Assembly (NCBI GenBank): GCA_044373325.1
Contig: JBILQJ010000003.1
Coordinates: 7,188 to 71,187, forward strand
Direction of reading: 5' to 3'
Length of the DNA stretch: 64,000 bases
DNA from: Burkholderiales bacterium
GTDB taxonomy: Bacteria > Pseudomonadota > Gammaproteobacteria > Burkholderiales > JBILQJ01
Shown: in pieces, positions 20,961-30,801 of the stretch
How positions within the stretch are numbered: position 1 is the first letter of the stretch
How the letters are laid out: every line of letters starts with the position of its first letter
Program-made: the position numbers and the translations under genes
Notes under the pieces: generated by a model
Seen by the model: the letters and a program-made list of their open reading frames with translations, nothing else
Told to the model about the DNA's origin: nothing
Databases searched by the model: none

Positions 20961-21719
20961 ATGTGGCAAGAAATTGGCATTAGCCTAAGCTTAGGACTGA
21001 AAGATAGCTTCAAAAGCCGTTATTTTTTGATGCTGCTTTTGTTATGGCTCACTTTGTTTTGTGTTTGGGCTGGTGTCTATTTTGCCTTTGCTCCCCAGAT
21101 TGCAGCCATGGTCAAAACCATCATAGAACAAAGCTTGGCGTGGTTAAATTGGTCATTGCCCTCCTTTTTGACGACCGTCTTTTGGGCTTTTGGTCATGTG
21201 ACTGCGGTATTGCTGGTGATTTTGGCGATTTTTATCAGTTTACGGCTTTTAATCGAACTGATTTTAATGCCCGTGTTACAGCGAGCGATTTTGCCTGCTT
21301 ACCCCCAATTATCCAATCGCTACGCCTCGCCCAGTTTGCTTAAAACCCTCTGTTTTTTGTTGGGGCATTACGCCAAATTTTTGATTTTGGTGGTAGGCTG
21401 TCTTTTTATTCCTTTTGTGGGGCATTTTTTAGTGCTATGGATTAGCGCGTATTACACCAGCACCGCTTTGGTGCGTGATGCACTGGACGGTGTCGCCAAT
21501 TTTGACAGCCAAACCCAGTTGATACGCCGTGCAAAATGGCCGCTTACCTTCATCGGCCTTGCGTGTTTGTTTTTGACGTTTATTCCGTTCATCGGTTTAT
21601 TTGCGCCGTTGATTTTGGGAGCGAGCATTACCCATTTTTGCTTACGCAATGTTTTTACCCCCGAACAACAAAGGCAATTTCATCAAGGCAAAATCGCTGC
21701 CAAGACCTTACAATCATGA
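20961..21719 (+). CDS. Polytopic inner-membrane protein, possibly EI24/CysZ family
   Basis: 252 aa with several hydrophobic segments and a layout loosely like CysZ. The stop overlaps the ispD start (ATGA). Confidence 0.5.
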   Translation: MWQEIGISLSLGLKDSFKSRYFLMLLLLWLTLFCVWAGVYFAFAPQIAAMVKTIIEQSLAWLNWSLPSFLTTVFWAFGHVTAVLLVILAIFISLRLLIELILMPVLQRAILPAYPQLSNRYASPSLLKTLCFLLGHYAKFLILVVGCLFIPFVGHFLVLWISAYYTSTALVRDALDGVANFDSQTQLIRRAKWPLTFIGLACLFLTFIPFIGLFAPLILGASITHFCLRNVFTPEQQRQFHQGKIAAKTLQS

Positions 21720-22450
21720 ATCCTGTTCAAAAAATTCAATACATTGCGTTAGTGCCTGCGGCAGGCGTGGGCGCGCGCGTGGGTGGCAATTGCCCCAAAC
21801 AATATTTGCCTGTTTGTGGCCAAGCTTTGCTCAAACACACGCTAAAAACCTTATTGGCTCACCCAGCCATTAATCACGTGGCTTTAATTTTATCGCCTGA
21901 TGACGCTTATTTTCAGCCCGAAGACTATGCCGATTTAGGCGATTTTATGGTGTTGCGTGTGGGCGGCGCGACCCGAACGCTCAGCGTCACAGCAGGATTA
22001 AAAGCTTTGTCTGACAAGCTAACGCTGGCCGATGGCGATGCCATTTTGGTGCATGATGCCGCCCGCCCTTGTTTATCCAACGCCGCATTAAGCCGTTTAA
22101 TAGATACTTTGCACCCCAATTTTGCCGCCTATCCACAGCCCAATGCGGGGGGCTTATTGGCTTTGCCCGTACCAGATACTTTGAAACTAGGCGATGCCAG
22201 CCAATTGGTGAGGCACACGCAAAGCCGCGACCATTTGTATTTAGCGCAAACGCCGCAACTGTTTCCATACGCCGTTTTACTGCAAGCCCTCATCCAAAAC
22301 CAACACAATCCCAACATCACCGACGAATCCTCGGCCATAGAAACCTTGGGCTATGCGCCGCGCCTTATCGAAGGCGAAAGCCGTAATTTTAAAGTCACTT
22401 ACCCCAGCGATTTATGGCTGGCTGAGCTCATTTTAAGCCAGCCATCTTAA
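21716..22450 (+). CDS. ispD: 2-C-methyl-D-erythritol 4-phosphate cytidylyltransferase
   Basis: ALVPAAGVGARVG and VHDAARP motifs. The start is placed at the internal ATG at 21716 (MNPVQKIQYIALVPAAG), which overlaps the upstream stop. Confidence 0.85.
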   Translation: MNPVQKIQYIALVPAAGVGARVGGNCPKQYLPVCGQALLKHTLKTLLAHPAINHVALILSPDDAYFQPEDYADLGDFMVLRVGGATRTLSVTAGLKALSDKLTLADGDAILVHDAARPCLSNAALSRLIDTLHPNFAAYPQPNAGGLLALPVPDTLKLGDASQLVRHTQSRDHLYLAQTPQLFPYAVLLQALIQNQHNPNITDESSAIETLGYAPRLIEGESRNFKVTYPSDLWLAELILSQPS

Positions 22451-22464
22451 GCACCTTTTACCTT

Positions 22465-22519
22465 AATCTTGCGGCCAACCTTTTTCCTGATTTCGGAAAA
22501 AAAGGTTGGCCGCAAGATT
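22465..22519. repeat. Inverted pair of the GGCCAACC repeat after ispD
   Basis: AATCTTGCGGCCAACCTTTTT-CCTGATTTCGG-AAAAAAAGGTTGGCCGCAAGATT. Confidence 0.9.
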
Positions 22520-22748
22520 GAAAGTCGCAAAACATCACTAAAAAGTTGCCCACATTTTCTGTGGATAAGTCTGTTGGTAAGCTTGGGATGTTTAGAATAT
22601 TTGCCATAAAAACAAAGCGTGTTGTAGTGGTGCTTAAAAAAACAAGCGGAATTGTACGCCTTTGATTAAAAACAACTTTATATGAAAGACTTGTTTTTAT
22701 GACATAAAACAAGCCCTTGGGCTGCTTGCAAACGTGCGCAAAAAAATT

Positions 22749-22794
22749 GGGGATAAAAGTCAAGCGAAAACTTGATTTTTATCCCCAGTTTTTT
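22749..22794. terminator. Bidirectional intrinsic terminator
   Basis: 16-bp stem GGGGATAAAAGTCAAG / CTTGATTTTTATCCCC (one mismatch), 6-nt loop, T6 on the + strand and an A-run upstream that gives a T-run on the - strand. Downstream of apbC. Confidence 0.7.
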
Positions 22795-22813
22795 ATTAAG
22801 ATGATTTTTAAGG

Positions 22814-22870
22814 TTGCGGCCAACCTTTTCCCTGCTATGTCGTCAAAAACACGAAAAAGGTTGGCCACAA
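22814..22870. repeat. Inverted pair of the repeat just downstream of apbC
   Basis: TTGCGGCCAACCTTTT, a 24-nt loop, then AAAAAGGTTGGCCACAA. Confidence 0.85.
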
Positions 22871-22877
22871 CGCCTTG

Positions 22878-23969
22878 TTAAATTTTTTTGATGGGAATAC
22901 TGGATAATTTGCTGGCGTAATCTTTAGGCTTGGCCGCTATCAACAACGCGACCTGACGCGCCATGAGTTGATATTTTTGGGCAAAGATTGTTGGCATCGT
23001 TTGAGCCACGGTTGGGCAGCCGTCATCAATATCCGAGCGAATTTGCAAGGCCAAAGGCATTTCAGCCAATATATTCAAACCCAGCTGTGCCGCCATTTTT
23101 TGTGCGCCACCTGTGCCAAAAATAGCTTCTTCATGCTGGCAAGCGCTGCAAATGTGCGTAGACATATTTTCAACCATGCCCAGAATGGGTAAATCGACTT
23201 TTTCAAACATGGCCACCCCTTTGCGCACGTCAGCCAAAGCCAAGTCTTGTGGCGTGGTCACCATCACCACGCCCGTCACGGGGACTTTTTGCGACAAAGT
23301 CAATTGAATGTCACCCGTTCCCGGAGGCATATCCACCACCAAATAATCCAATTCTCCCCAGCCTGTATCAGAAATCAATTGATTAAAGGCTTGGCTGGCC
23401 ATAGGCCCGCGCCAAATCATGGCTTTTTCATCGCTCACCAACAAGCCTATCGACATGACTTTTAAGCCATATTTTTCGAGTGGAATGAATTTTTTGTCCG
23501 CCGTCACTATCGGCGTAACCCCTTGCAAACCCAACATTAACGGCACAGACGGTCCATAAATATCGGCATCTAACAAACCAACTTTCGCCCCACCCTTCAC
23601 CAAAGCCAAGGCCAAATTGACGGCGGTGGTCGATTTACCCACGCCGCCTTTGGCTGAAGCCACCGCAATGATGTTTTTTATGTTAGCCAACCGTGCAACG
23701 CCCACTTTCACCGCGTGCGCGGCAATGGCATGAACCACCGTTAAAGTCAGTTGATGGTCAGGCAAGCATGAAGCCAATTGTTGTAAAACAGAAGCCCGCA
23801 AGGCTTGTTCACCCAATTCACCTTCTGCCTCGCACAAATAAGGCAAAGTCAGCGTTAAATGCCAGTGGTTACCGCTGCCTTCAGCCGAAAAATGAGCAGC
23901 CCCCAAAGCAGGGTGATGCGGCAGAACCAATTTTTGGCAGGCTTCTTGTATGTTTTGTTGCGAAATCAC
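22878..23969 (-). CDS. apbC: Fe-S cluster carrier ATPase (Mrp/ApbC/NBP35 family)
   Basis: 363 aa. Deviant Walker A SAKGGVGKSTTAVNLA and CxxC pair (HICSACQHE). Confidence 0.85.
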   Translation of the reverse strand: MISQQNIQEACQKLVLPHHPALGAAHFSAEGSGNHWHLTLTLPYLCEAEGELGEQALRASVLQQLASCLPDHQLTLTVVHAIAAHAVKVGVARLANIKNIIAVASAKGGVGKSTTAVNLALALVKGGAKVGLLDADIYGPSVPLMLGLQGVTPIVTADKKFIPLEKYGLKVMSIGLLVSDEKAMIWRGPMASQAFNQLISDTGWGELDYLVVDMPPGTGDIQLTLSQKVPVTGVVMVTTPQDLALADVRKGVAMFEKVDLPILGMVENMSTHICSACQHEEAIFGTGGAQKMAAQLGLNILAEMPLALQIRSDIDDGCPTVAQTMPTIFAQKYQLMARQVALLIAAKPKDYASKLSSIPIKKI

Positions 23970-24288
23970 AAAAATTCCTCTCTTTTTTCAAAGGTGTTTT
24001 TAACTAAAATGACGCAAGATTCGCTCAACCTCAGCCATCTCACAATACTGCGCATAATACCGTAGTATTTTACTCGGACTTAAACGGGAATGCCAGATTA
24101 AAAACACCCGCTCAATTTAAAATAAAATAAAGCCATAAATTATGGTGCATCGCAAGGTGAAAAAAATTCTAAGTTAGCGTATGATGCTGGCTTTTGTTTA
24201 CTGACCCTTATCAAATCTTTAGCAAACTCTTAGCGTATCCTTACCCAACAAATTAACAGCTCATCTTTTTATAATGGAGAATTCGCCC

Positions 24289-26973
24289 ATGGCAAACCTA
24301 CATATCGACCAAGATGTCGACCCAATTGAAACCCAAGAGTGGACGGATGCGGTTGAATCCATTCTAAAAAATGAAGGCGCAGAGCGTGCCCATTTCATTT
24401 TAGAGCAAATGGTTGAGCGGGTTCGCCGTCGCGGTGGACACTTGCCATTTAATAGCACCACCTCTTACGAAAACACCATACCCGTTCATCAACAACAGCC
24501 CTTGCCTGGCAATAATGAAATAGAACAACGCATCCGCCGCATCACGCGTTGGAATGCAATGGCCATGGTTTTGCGTGCAGGAAAAAAAGATTTGGATTTG
24601 GGGGGACATTTGGCCAGCTTTATGTCTGCGGTCGTTTTGTATGACATTGGTTTTAACCATTTTTGGAAAGGCCAAACGGCTGATCGCGATGGAGATTTGG
24701 TTTACACTCAAGGTCACTGCGCGCCTGGTATGTATTCGCGTGCCTTTTTAGAAGGTCGCCTCACTGAAGCGCAATTAGACAATTTCCGTCAAGAAGTCGA
24801 TGGTCAAGGCGTTTCTTCTTACCCCCATCCTTGGTTAATGCCTGATTTTTGGCAATTTCCAACTGTTTCTATGGGTTTAGGGCCTTTAATGGCCATTTAT
24901 CAAGCGCGTTTCTTAAAATATTTAGAAAGCCGTGGCTTGGCGCGTACCCCTGGGCGCAAAGTTTGGTGTTTCTGTGGCGATGGCGAAATGGATGAACCTG
25001 AATCTTTAGGTGCCATCAGCATGGCTTCCCGCGAAGGGCTAGACAATTTGATTTTTGTCATTAACTGCAACTTGCAACGCCTTGATGGTCCTGTGCGTGG
25101 CAACAGCAAAATCGTGCAAGAATTAGAAGGCGATTTCCGTGGGTCAGGTTGGAACGTCCTTAAAGTCTTATGGGGCAGCCAATGGGATAAATTGTTGGAA
25201 AAAGATCATGGCGGACATTTACGCCGTGCCATGAACGAATGTGTGGATGGCGACTTCCAAACCTTCAAATCTAAAGATGGCGCTTATGTGCGTAAACATT
25301 TCTTTGGACGTTCGCCAGAATTGTTGGCCATGGTGGCTGATATGACAGATGAGGCCATTTGGGAACTGAATCGTGGCGGGCATGATCCAGAAAAAGTCTA
25401 CGCGGCTTATTATGAGTCGGTTAACAATAACAATGGCTTGCCAACTGTTATTTTGGCTCAAACTGTCAAAGGGCGTGGAATGGGCTCGGCTGGCGAAGCG
25501 AAAAATACAGCGCATCAATCCAAAAAAATGCCTTTGGAAAATTTACGCTACTTCCGCGATCACTACAACATTCCTGTTTCTGATGCAGATTTGGAGTCAG
25601 TTCCATACGTTAAGTTTTCAGAAGACAGCATAGAATACAAACACATACAAACCTGTCGTGCTGCTTTGGGTGGTTTTGTTCCGCAACGTGTACCAGTTAC
25701 CACGCCATTGGCCATTCCCGAATTAAACGCATTTGATGCACAATTAACCGATTCTGGTGAGCGAGAATTCTCAACCACCATGGCCATGGTTCGTATGTTG
25801 GGCACTCTATTAAAAGACAAAAACATCGGCCAACGCATTGTGCCGATAGTGCCTGATGAATCTCGAACCTTTGGTATGGAAGGCATGTTCCGTCAGTATG
25901 GTATTTGGGCTTCTAAAGGGCAAATCTACACGCCTCAAGATGCTGACCAACTGATGTTTTACAAAGAAGCCAAAGATGGGCAAATGCTGCAAGAAGGCAT
26001 CAATGAGCCTGGCGCCATGTCTTCTTGGATTGCTGCGGCGACCAGCTATGCCAACAACGGCATCGCGATGATTCCTTTTTACATTTATTATTCTATGTTT
26101 GGTTTCCAACGAACGGGCGATTTGGCTTGGGCGGCAGGTGACTTACGCGCCCGTGGCTTTATTATTGGTGGTACGGCGGGCAGAACTACATTGAATGGCG
26201 AAGGTTTGCAACATGAAGATGGTCACAGCCACATACAAGCAGGCTTAATCCCCAACTGTATTTCTTACGATCCAACATATGCTTACGAATTGGCGGTGAT
26301 TGTTCAAGACGGTTTACGCCGTATGTACGACCAGCAAGAAGATGTCTTCTATTACTTAACCGTCATGAATGAAAACTACCAACACCCAGCAATGCCAGTG
26401 GGGGCGGAAGCTGATATTCTTAAGGGAATGTACTTACTCCGCGAAGCAAATTCTGACGCAACATTAAAAGTCAATTTATTGGGCTCAGGCACCATTTTGC
26501 GCGAAGTGATTGCGGGTGCAGAATTATTAAAAGCTGATTTTGGGATTGATGCCGACATTTGGAGTGCGACTTCTCTTAACTTGTTGCGCAGAGAAGGCAT
26601 GGAAGTGGCGCGCTGGAATATGTTACATCCGCTAGAAACCCCAAAACTGTCGTTTGTTGAACAGCAATTGACTCGTCACGCAGTGAACGGTGAAGTCGCC
26701 CCTGTGATTGCTGCAACCGATTACATCCGCGCATACGCCGATCAAATTCGTGAATACGTCCCCGCTCGTTACAATGTGTTAGGCACTGATGGGTTTGGGC
26801 GTTCAGACAGCCGTGAGAACTTACGCCGTTTCTTTGAAGTCAATCGCCATTACGTGGTCATTGCTGCCTTGTCGGCTTTAGCGCAAGAAGGCAAAATAGA
26901 ACACAGCGTTGTCGCATCAGCCATAGAAAAATATGGGATTGATGTCAACAAATCTCCAAGCTGGTTAGTATAA
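24289..26973 (+). CDS. aceE: Pyruvate dehydrogenase E1 component
   Basis: About 894 aa. The N-terminus DVDPIETQEWTDAVESI parallels E. coli AceE. Start chosen at the second ATG (24289), 9 nt after GGAG; the ORF track starts at 24274. Confidence 0.9.
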   Translation: MANLHIDQDVDPIETQEWTDAVESILKNEGAERAHFILEQMVERVRRRGGHLPFNSTTSYENTIPVHQQQPLPGNNEIEQRIRRITRWNAMAMVLRAGKKDLDLGGHLASFMSAVVLYDIGFNHFWKGQTADRDGDLVYTQGHCAPGMYSRAFLEGRLTEAQLDNFRQEVDGQGVSSYPHPWLMPDFWQFPTVSMGLGPLMAIYQARFLKYLESRGLARTPGRKVWCFCGDGEMDEPESLGAISMASREGLDNLIFVINCNLQRLDGPVRGNSKIVQELEGDFRGSGWNVLKVLWGSQWDKLLEKDHGGHLRRAMNECVDGDFQTFKSKDGAYVRKHFFGRSPELLAMVADMTDEAIWELNRGGHDPEKVYAAYYESVNNNNGLPTVILAQTVKGRGMGSAGEAKNTAHQSKKMPLENLRYFRDHYNIPVSDADLESVPYVKFSEDSIEYKHIQTCRAALGGFVPQRVPVTTPLAIPELNAFDAQLTDSGEREFSTTMAMVRMLGTLLKDKNIGQRIVPIVPDESRTFGMEGMFRQYGIWASKGQIYTPQDADQLMFYKEAKDGQMLQEGINEPGAMSSWIAAATSYANNGIAMIPFYIYYSMFGFQRTGDLAWAAGDLRARGFIIGGTAGRTTLNGEGLQHEDGHSHIQAGLIPNCISYDPTYAYELAVIVQDGLRRMYDQQEDVFYYLTVMNENYQHPAMPVGAEADILKGMYLLREANSDATLKVNLLGSGTILREVIAGAELLKADFGIDADIWSATSLNLLRREGMEVARWNMLHPLETPKLSFVEQQLTRHAVNGEVAPVIAATDYIRAYADQIREYVPARYNVLGTDGFGRSDSRENLRRFFEVNRHYVVIAALSALAQEGKIEHSVVASAIEKYGIDVNKSPSWLV

Positions 26974-26984
26974 AAACCTTGGCC

Positions 26985-27035
26985 GCAAGACAAAATTCTA
27001 ATGCAAAAATAAAATATTTTGATTTTTTGTCTTGC
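26985..27035 (+). promoter_or_regulatory. Intercistronic stem-loop between aceE and aceF
   Basis: 11-bp arms GCAAGACAAAA / TTTTGTCTTGC around a 29-nt AT-rich loop. The left arm overlaps a variant repeat copy (AAAACCTTGGCCGCAA). Confidence 0.35.
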
Positions 27036-27073
27036 GCTTGTCTTCATTATTTTCATCAAAAAGGAATCCATTT

Positions 27074-28702
27074 ATGTCCTTAGTTGACATTAAAGTCCCC
27101 GATATTGGCGGTCATGCCAATGTTGATGTGATTGAGCTTTGCGTTCAAGTTGGTCAAACCGTAGCCAAAGATGACAGTCTATTTACCTTAGAAACGGATA
27201 AAGCCACCATGGATGTGCCTGCCGAACAAGCAGGTGTTGTGGCGGAATGGTTTATTAAAGTGGGCAGTAAAATTTCTGAAGGGGACGTGGTTGGCCGCAT
27301 GCAATTGGCCGAAGGCGTGGTCGCTGCCACGCCAACCGAAGTCATGACTCAACAGACCGCACCATTAGTAACTGAAGCCCCATTGGCCACAAGCACGGCA
27401 ACAAGTACGGCTCTTTTGAATGTACTGGTGCCTGACATTGGTGGGCACGATCAAGTTGATGTCATCGAAGTCAGTGTTAAAGTTGGTGACGTGATTCAAA
27501 TAGACCAAACCTTGATGACGCTAGAAACTGATAAAGCCACCATGGACGTACCTGCCACAGCGGCAGGCCGTGTGGTAGAAGTTTTAGTGAGCGTTGGCGG
27601 CAAAGTCAGCCAAGGCGATGTCATTGTTGTAATTGAAGGTGCAGCATCCAACACAACGGCTGCGCCTGTTGCGCCAGTAGCCGTTGCAGCGCCGAGTCCA
27701 GCACCTCAAGCAAATGTTCAAGCACCTACCAAAATTCAAACACCTGCGCCATTAGTGGCTCAAACTGCCATCAATGAAGTGGCTTTTGCACAGGCTCACG
27801 CTGGTCCCGCAGCGCGTAAATTGGCGCGTGAATTGGGCGTTGATTTAAGCAAAGTTCAAGGTTCTGGTCGCAAAGGACGCATCACGGAATCAGACATCAA
27901 AGGCTTTGTGAAAACAGCGATGCTCGCACCCACCCCCGTAGCGGCTGTTGGCACGGCGACTGGTTCAGGCTTGGATTTATTACCGTGGCCCAAAGTGGAT
28001 TTTGCCAAATTCGGCCCAGTCACTCGCCTTACGCGCACCAAAATTCAAAAAATATCAGGCGCGAATTTACACCGAAATTGGGTGGTCATTCCACACGTTA
28101 CTTTCAATGACGAGGCCGATATTACCGACATGGATGCGTTCCGTGTCACGCTCAACAAAGAATGGGAAAAAGCTGGTGTGAAAGTTTCCCCACTCGCCTT
28201 TATGATTAAAGCGGCGGCTGAAACCCTCAAAGCCTTTCCGACCTTTAACAGCTCTTTAGATGGCGATGATTTGGTCTTAAAATCTTATTATCACATTGGC
28301 TTTGCAGCCGACACCCCCAATGGTTTGGTTGTCCCTGTGATTAAAGATGCCGACAAAAAAGGGTTGAAAGAAATCTGTGTTGAACTTTCAACTTTATCGG
28401 CTTTGGCCCGGGAAGGTAAACTCAAGCCAACCGATATGCAAGGCGCAACCTTTACTTTATCAAGTTTAGGTGGCATCGGTGGCACCAGCTTCACGCCCAT
28501 CATCAATGCCCCTGAAGTGGCCATTTTAGGCATTTGTAAAGGCAACATGAAACCCGTCTGGAATGGCAAAGAATTCAGCCCTCGTCTCATGTGCCCCTTG
28601 TCTTTAAGTTTTGATCATCGCGTCATCGACGGCGCAGCGGCCGCACGCTTTACCGTCCATTTCGGTAAATTGTTAAGTGACGTACGTCGTTTGATTTTAT
28701 AA
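27074..28702 (+). CDS. aceF: Dihydrolipoamide acetyltransferase (PDH E2), with two lipoyl domains
   Basis: Two LETDKATMDVPA lipoyl-lysine motifs, Ala/Pro-rich linkers, and the C-terminal catalytic motif SFDHRVIDGA. Start at ATG 27074 after AAAGGAA. Confidence 0.9.
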   Translation: MSLVDIKVPDIGGHANVDVIELCVQVGQTVAKDDSLFTLETDKATMDVPAEQAGVVAEWFIKVGSKISEGDVVGRMQLAEGVVAATPTEVMTQQTAPLVTEAPLATSTATSTALLNVLVPDIGGHDQVDVIEVSVKVGDVIQIDQTLMTLETDKATMDVPATAAGRVVEVLVSVGGKVSQGDVIVVIEGAASNTTAAPVAPVAVAAPSPAPQANVQAPTKIQTPAPLVAQTAINEVAFAQAHAGPAARKLARELGVDLSKVQGSGRKGRITESDIKGFVKTAMLAPTPVAAVGTATGSGLDLLPWPKVDFAKFGPVTRLTRTKIQKISGANLHRNWVVIPHVTFNDEADITDMDAFRVTLNKEWEKAGVKVSPLAFMIKAAAETLKAFPTFNSSLDGDDLVLKSYYHIGFAADTPNGLVVPVIKDADKKGLKEICVELSTLSALAREGKLKPTDMQGATFTLSSLGGIGGTSFTPIINAPEVAILGICKGNMKPVWNGKEFSPRLMCPLSLSFDHRVIDGAAAARFTVHFGKLLSDVRRLIL

Positions 28703-28722
28703 TTTTCAATCATAAACCTAAC

Positions 28723-28777
28723 CCTTTGCGGCCAACCTTTTGCCTGACTATTTCAGAGAAAAGGTTGGCCGCAAAGG
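28723..28777. repeat. Inverted pair of the repeat after aceF
   Basis: CCTTTGCGGCCAACCTTTT-GCCTGACTATTTCAGAG-AAAAGGTTGGCCGCAAAGG. Confidence 0.9.
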
Positions 28778-28821
28778 TTGATGTCTCCCAAAAATAACAG
28801 GTACTCGTTACATAAAAAATC

Positions 28822-28869
28822 AGTGGCCAACTTCTTAACCCTCTATTTAGGATAAAAAGTTGGCCACTT
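28822..28869. repeat. Degenerate inverted pair (AGTGGCCAACTT ... AAGTTGGCCACT) downstream of pagP
   Basis: 12-nt complementary arms of the same GGCCAACT variant seen at 72-112. Confidence 0.65.
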
Positions 28870-28904
28870 AACTAATTAAGTTTTTTAAAACAGAGCAAAA
28901 CTAT

Positions 28905-29510
28905 TCACTTAAAAGCCCATTTGAGATTACTAAAAAACACATTTGAAAATGGCACAAACGTCACATCAAGCGTTAAATTTTTATAAGCCATACTGGCCAT
29001 AGGCGAAAGCGCAGGAAATGGCGTGTAATGCGCAATGTCTTCTCTGGCTAAAATAAAGGCCGTATAGCCCATGCCCACTCTAAAATCTTCGTTGGTTGGT
29101 CGCCACAGCGCTTGCCAAACATAACCCACTTGCCAACTTGGATAATGATGCGAATCTTGGTAACCCATGGCGTACAAACCTTCATAATTGCCGCTGCTGT
29201 TTATGCGACCTTTACCCAAACCAAACCCTGGAGGGGTTTCTTCATAGCTGTCGATTTGTTCTGACGTATAAGAGTTGCGCATATGATAAGTCGAAATGGG
29301 GACGATGACTTCCCAATTTCCTTGCTGATAAGTGTCATCCACGTGACGCCAAGCCGCATCATACCAACTGACTTCGGGTTCGTCCGCTTCAATCGATGCG
29401 ACCGAAGTCACGGTTGACGCTGGCATTTCAGCCTCGCCGCCCGTTACTTCAGCATAAGCCAACCCATTGCACTCCAAAGCAAGCAAAATAAAAAGAGGAA
29501 TCCGTTTCAT
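28905..29510 (-). CDS. pagP: Lipid A palmitoyltransferase PagP
   Basis: 201 aa with a signal peptide. GLYAMGYQDSHH...GYVWQALWRP aligns by eye with E. coli PagP GLYAMAFKDSWN...GYGWESTWRP. The catalytic His (STYH) and the Asp-Ser pair (QDS) are present. Confidence 0.8.
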   Translation of the reverse strand: MKRIPLFILLALECNGLAYAEVTGGEAEMPASTVTSVASIEADEPEVSWYDAAWRHVDDTYQQGNWEVIVPISTYHMRNSYTSEQIDSYEETPPGFGLGKGRINSSGNYEGLYAMGYQDSHHYPSWQVGYVWQALWRPTNEDFRVGMGYTAFILAREDIAHYTPFPALSPMASMAYKNLTLDVTFVPFSNVFFSNLKWAFK

Positions 29511-30644
29511 TTATTTTTTTAAACTGGCGACAAATTGATCGAATAAATAGGCCACGTCTTCGGGGCCAGGACTGGCTTCTGGGTGACCTTGAAAACCGAA
29601 AGCGGGCTTATCGGTTAAAGCAATCCCTTGAACCGTTTGGTCAAACAAGCTCCGATGCGTCACACGCACATTGGCTGGCAAACTGGCTTCATCGACCTGA
29701 AAACCATGATTTTGGCTGGTAATAATGACTTTATTCAGCCCTAAATCTTGAACAGGGTGATTGGCACCATGATGCCCAAATTTCATTTTGCTGGTTTTTG
29801 CGCCTGCCGCCAAACCCAATAACTGATGCCCCAGACAAATCCCAAACAAAGGCATATTGACCGCCAATAAAGCTTGAATCGCGGTGATTGCATAATCGCA
29901 AGGCTCGGGGTCGCCTGGGCCATTTGACAAAAACACACCATCAGGATTCAGCGCCAGCACGGCTTCGGCCGTGGTTTTGGCTGGCACAACGGTTAAACGG
30001 CAACCACGTTCGGCCAACATTCTTAAAATATTGTGTTTAACCCCAAAATCATAAACCACCACATGAAAAGGCAGCGTGGTTTGTTGGGTATGCCCTAATC
30101 CTAAACGCCATTCTTTTTCTGTCCAAGAATAAGGTTGGCCGCAAGTCACCACTTGCGCTAAATCTTTGCCCGCCATACTGCCAAAGCTTTGTGCGGCAGC
30201 CAACGCGGCAGCCTCGGTAGCCGATTCACCGACCAAAATACACCCACTTTGAGCACCTTTTTCGCGCAACAATCGCGTCAATTGGCGGGTGTCTATGTCA
30301 GCAATGGCCACAACCCCATTGTCTTTTAAATAATCAGACAAAGACGAAGTGCTGCGAAAATTGCTGTGCAACAAGGGCAAATCGCGAATAATCAAGCCTG
30401 AAACACTGACTTTTTTTGATTCTGTGTCTTCTGCATTTACCCCCACATTGCCGATGTGGGGGTAAGTCAACGTCACCATTTGATGCGTGTAAGAAGCGTC
30501 AGTTAAAATTTCTTGGTAACCTGTCATCGCGGTATTAAAAACCACTTCACCGACGGCCTGACCTTCTGCTCCGATAGAAATCCCTTTAAAAACCGTACCA
30601 TCAGCTAAAACCAGTAATGCGGGAATTTGGGGTATCTTCGTCAT
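29511..30644 (-). CDS. carA: Carbamoyl-phosphate synthase small (glutaminase) subunit
   Basis: 377 aa. GICLGHQ catalytic-Cys motif and HGANHPV motif. The stop codon directly abuts the pagP start codon. Confidence 0.9.
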   Translation of the reverse strand: MTKIPQIPALLVLADGTVFKGISIGAEGQAVGEVVFNTAMTGYQEILTDASYTHQMVTLTYPHIGNVGVNAEDTESKKVSVSGLIIRDLPLLHSNFRSTSSLSDYLKDNGVVAIADIDTRQLTRLLREKGAQSGCILVGESATEAAALAAAQSFGSMAGKDLAQVVTCGQPYSWTEKEWRLGLGHTQQTTLPFHVVVYDFGVKHNILRMLAERGCRLTVVPAKTTAEAVLALNPDGVFLSNGPGDPEPCDYAITAIQALLAVNMPLFGICLGHQLLGLAAGAKTSKMKFGHHGANHPVQDLGLNKVIITSQNHGFQVDEASLPANVRVTHRSLFDQTVQGIALTDKPAFGFQGHPEASPGPEDVAYLFDQFVASLKK

Positions 30645-30671
30645 AAAATAAACCTTTTGAATTGTTTTAAG

Positions 30672-30687
30672 TTTTTTTTGGGGGGGG
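30672..30687 (-). promoter_or_regulatory. Homopolymer tract T8G8 (C8A8 on the carA sense strand) in the carA leader or promoter region
   Basis: Read directly: gTTTTTTTTGGGGGGGGt. Lies 27 nt upstream of the carA ATG. Confidence 0.5.
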
Positions 30688-30801
30688 TGGAGGTGAAAAT
30701 AAAACGTGCAAAAATCGAGGCGATTAGACCATAGCCTTCTCGCCCCGACTCAAAAATTAAGCCACGAATCTTAACCCGTATACACAGATAAAGCAAGCGC
30801 C

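Noticed and set aside
22560-22568. The exact DnaA box as evidence of a replication origin
   Set aside because: There is only one perfect box plus one 1-mismatch box (about 22778). There is no cluster of boxes, no AT-rich 13-mers, and no dnaA, dnaN or gidA genes in the neighbourhood.
22458-22763. 101-aa minus-strand ORF in the ispD-apbC intergenic region
   Set aside because: It runs straight through a repeat pair (giving the tell-tale SCGQPFF and KRLAARL translations) and a terminator. It has no ribosome-binding site and an odd composition, so it is an artefact of repeat-rich non-coding DNA.
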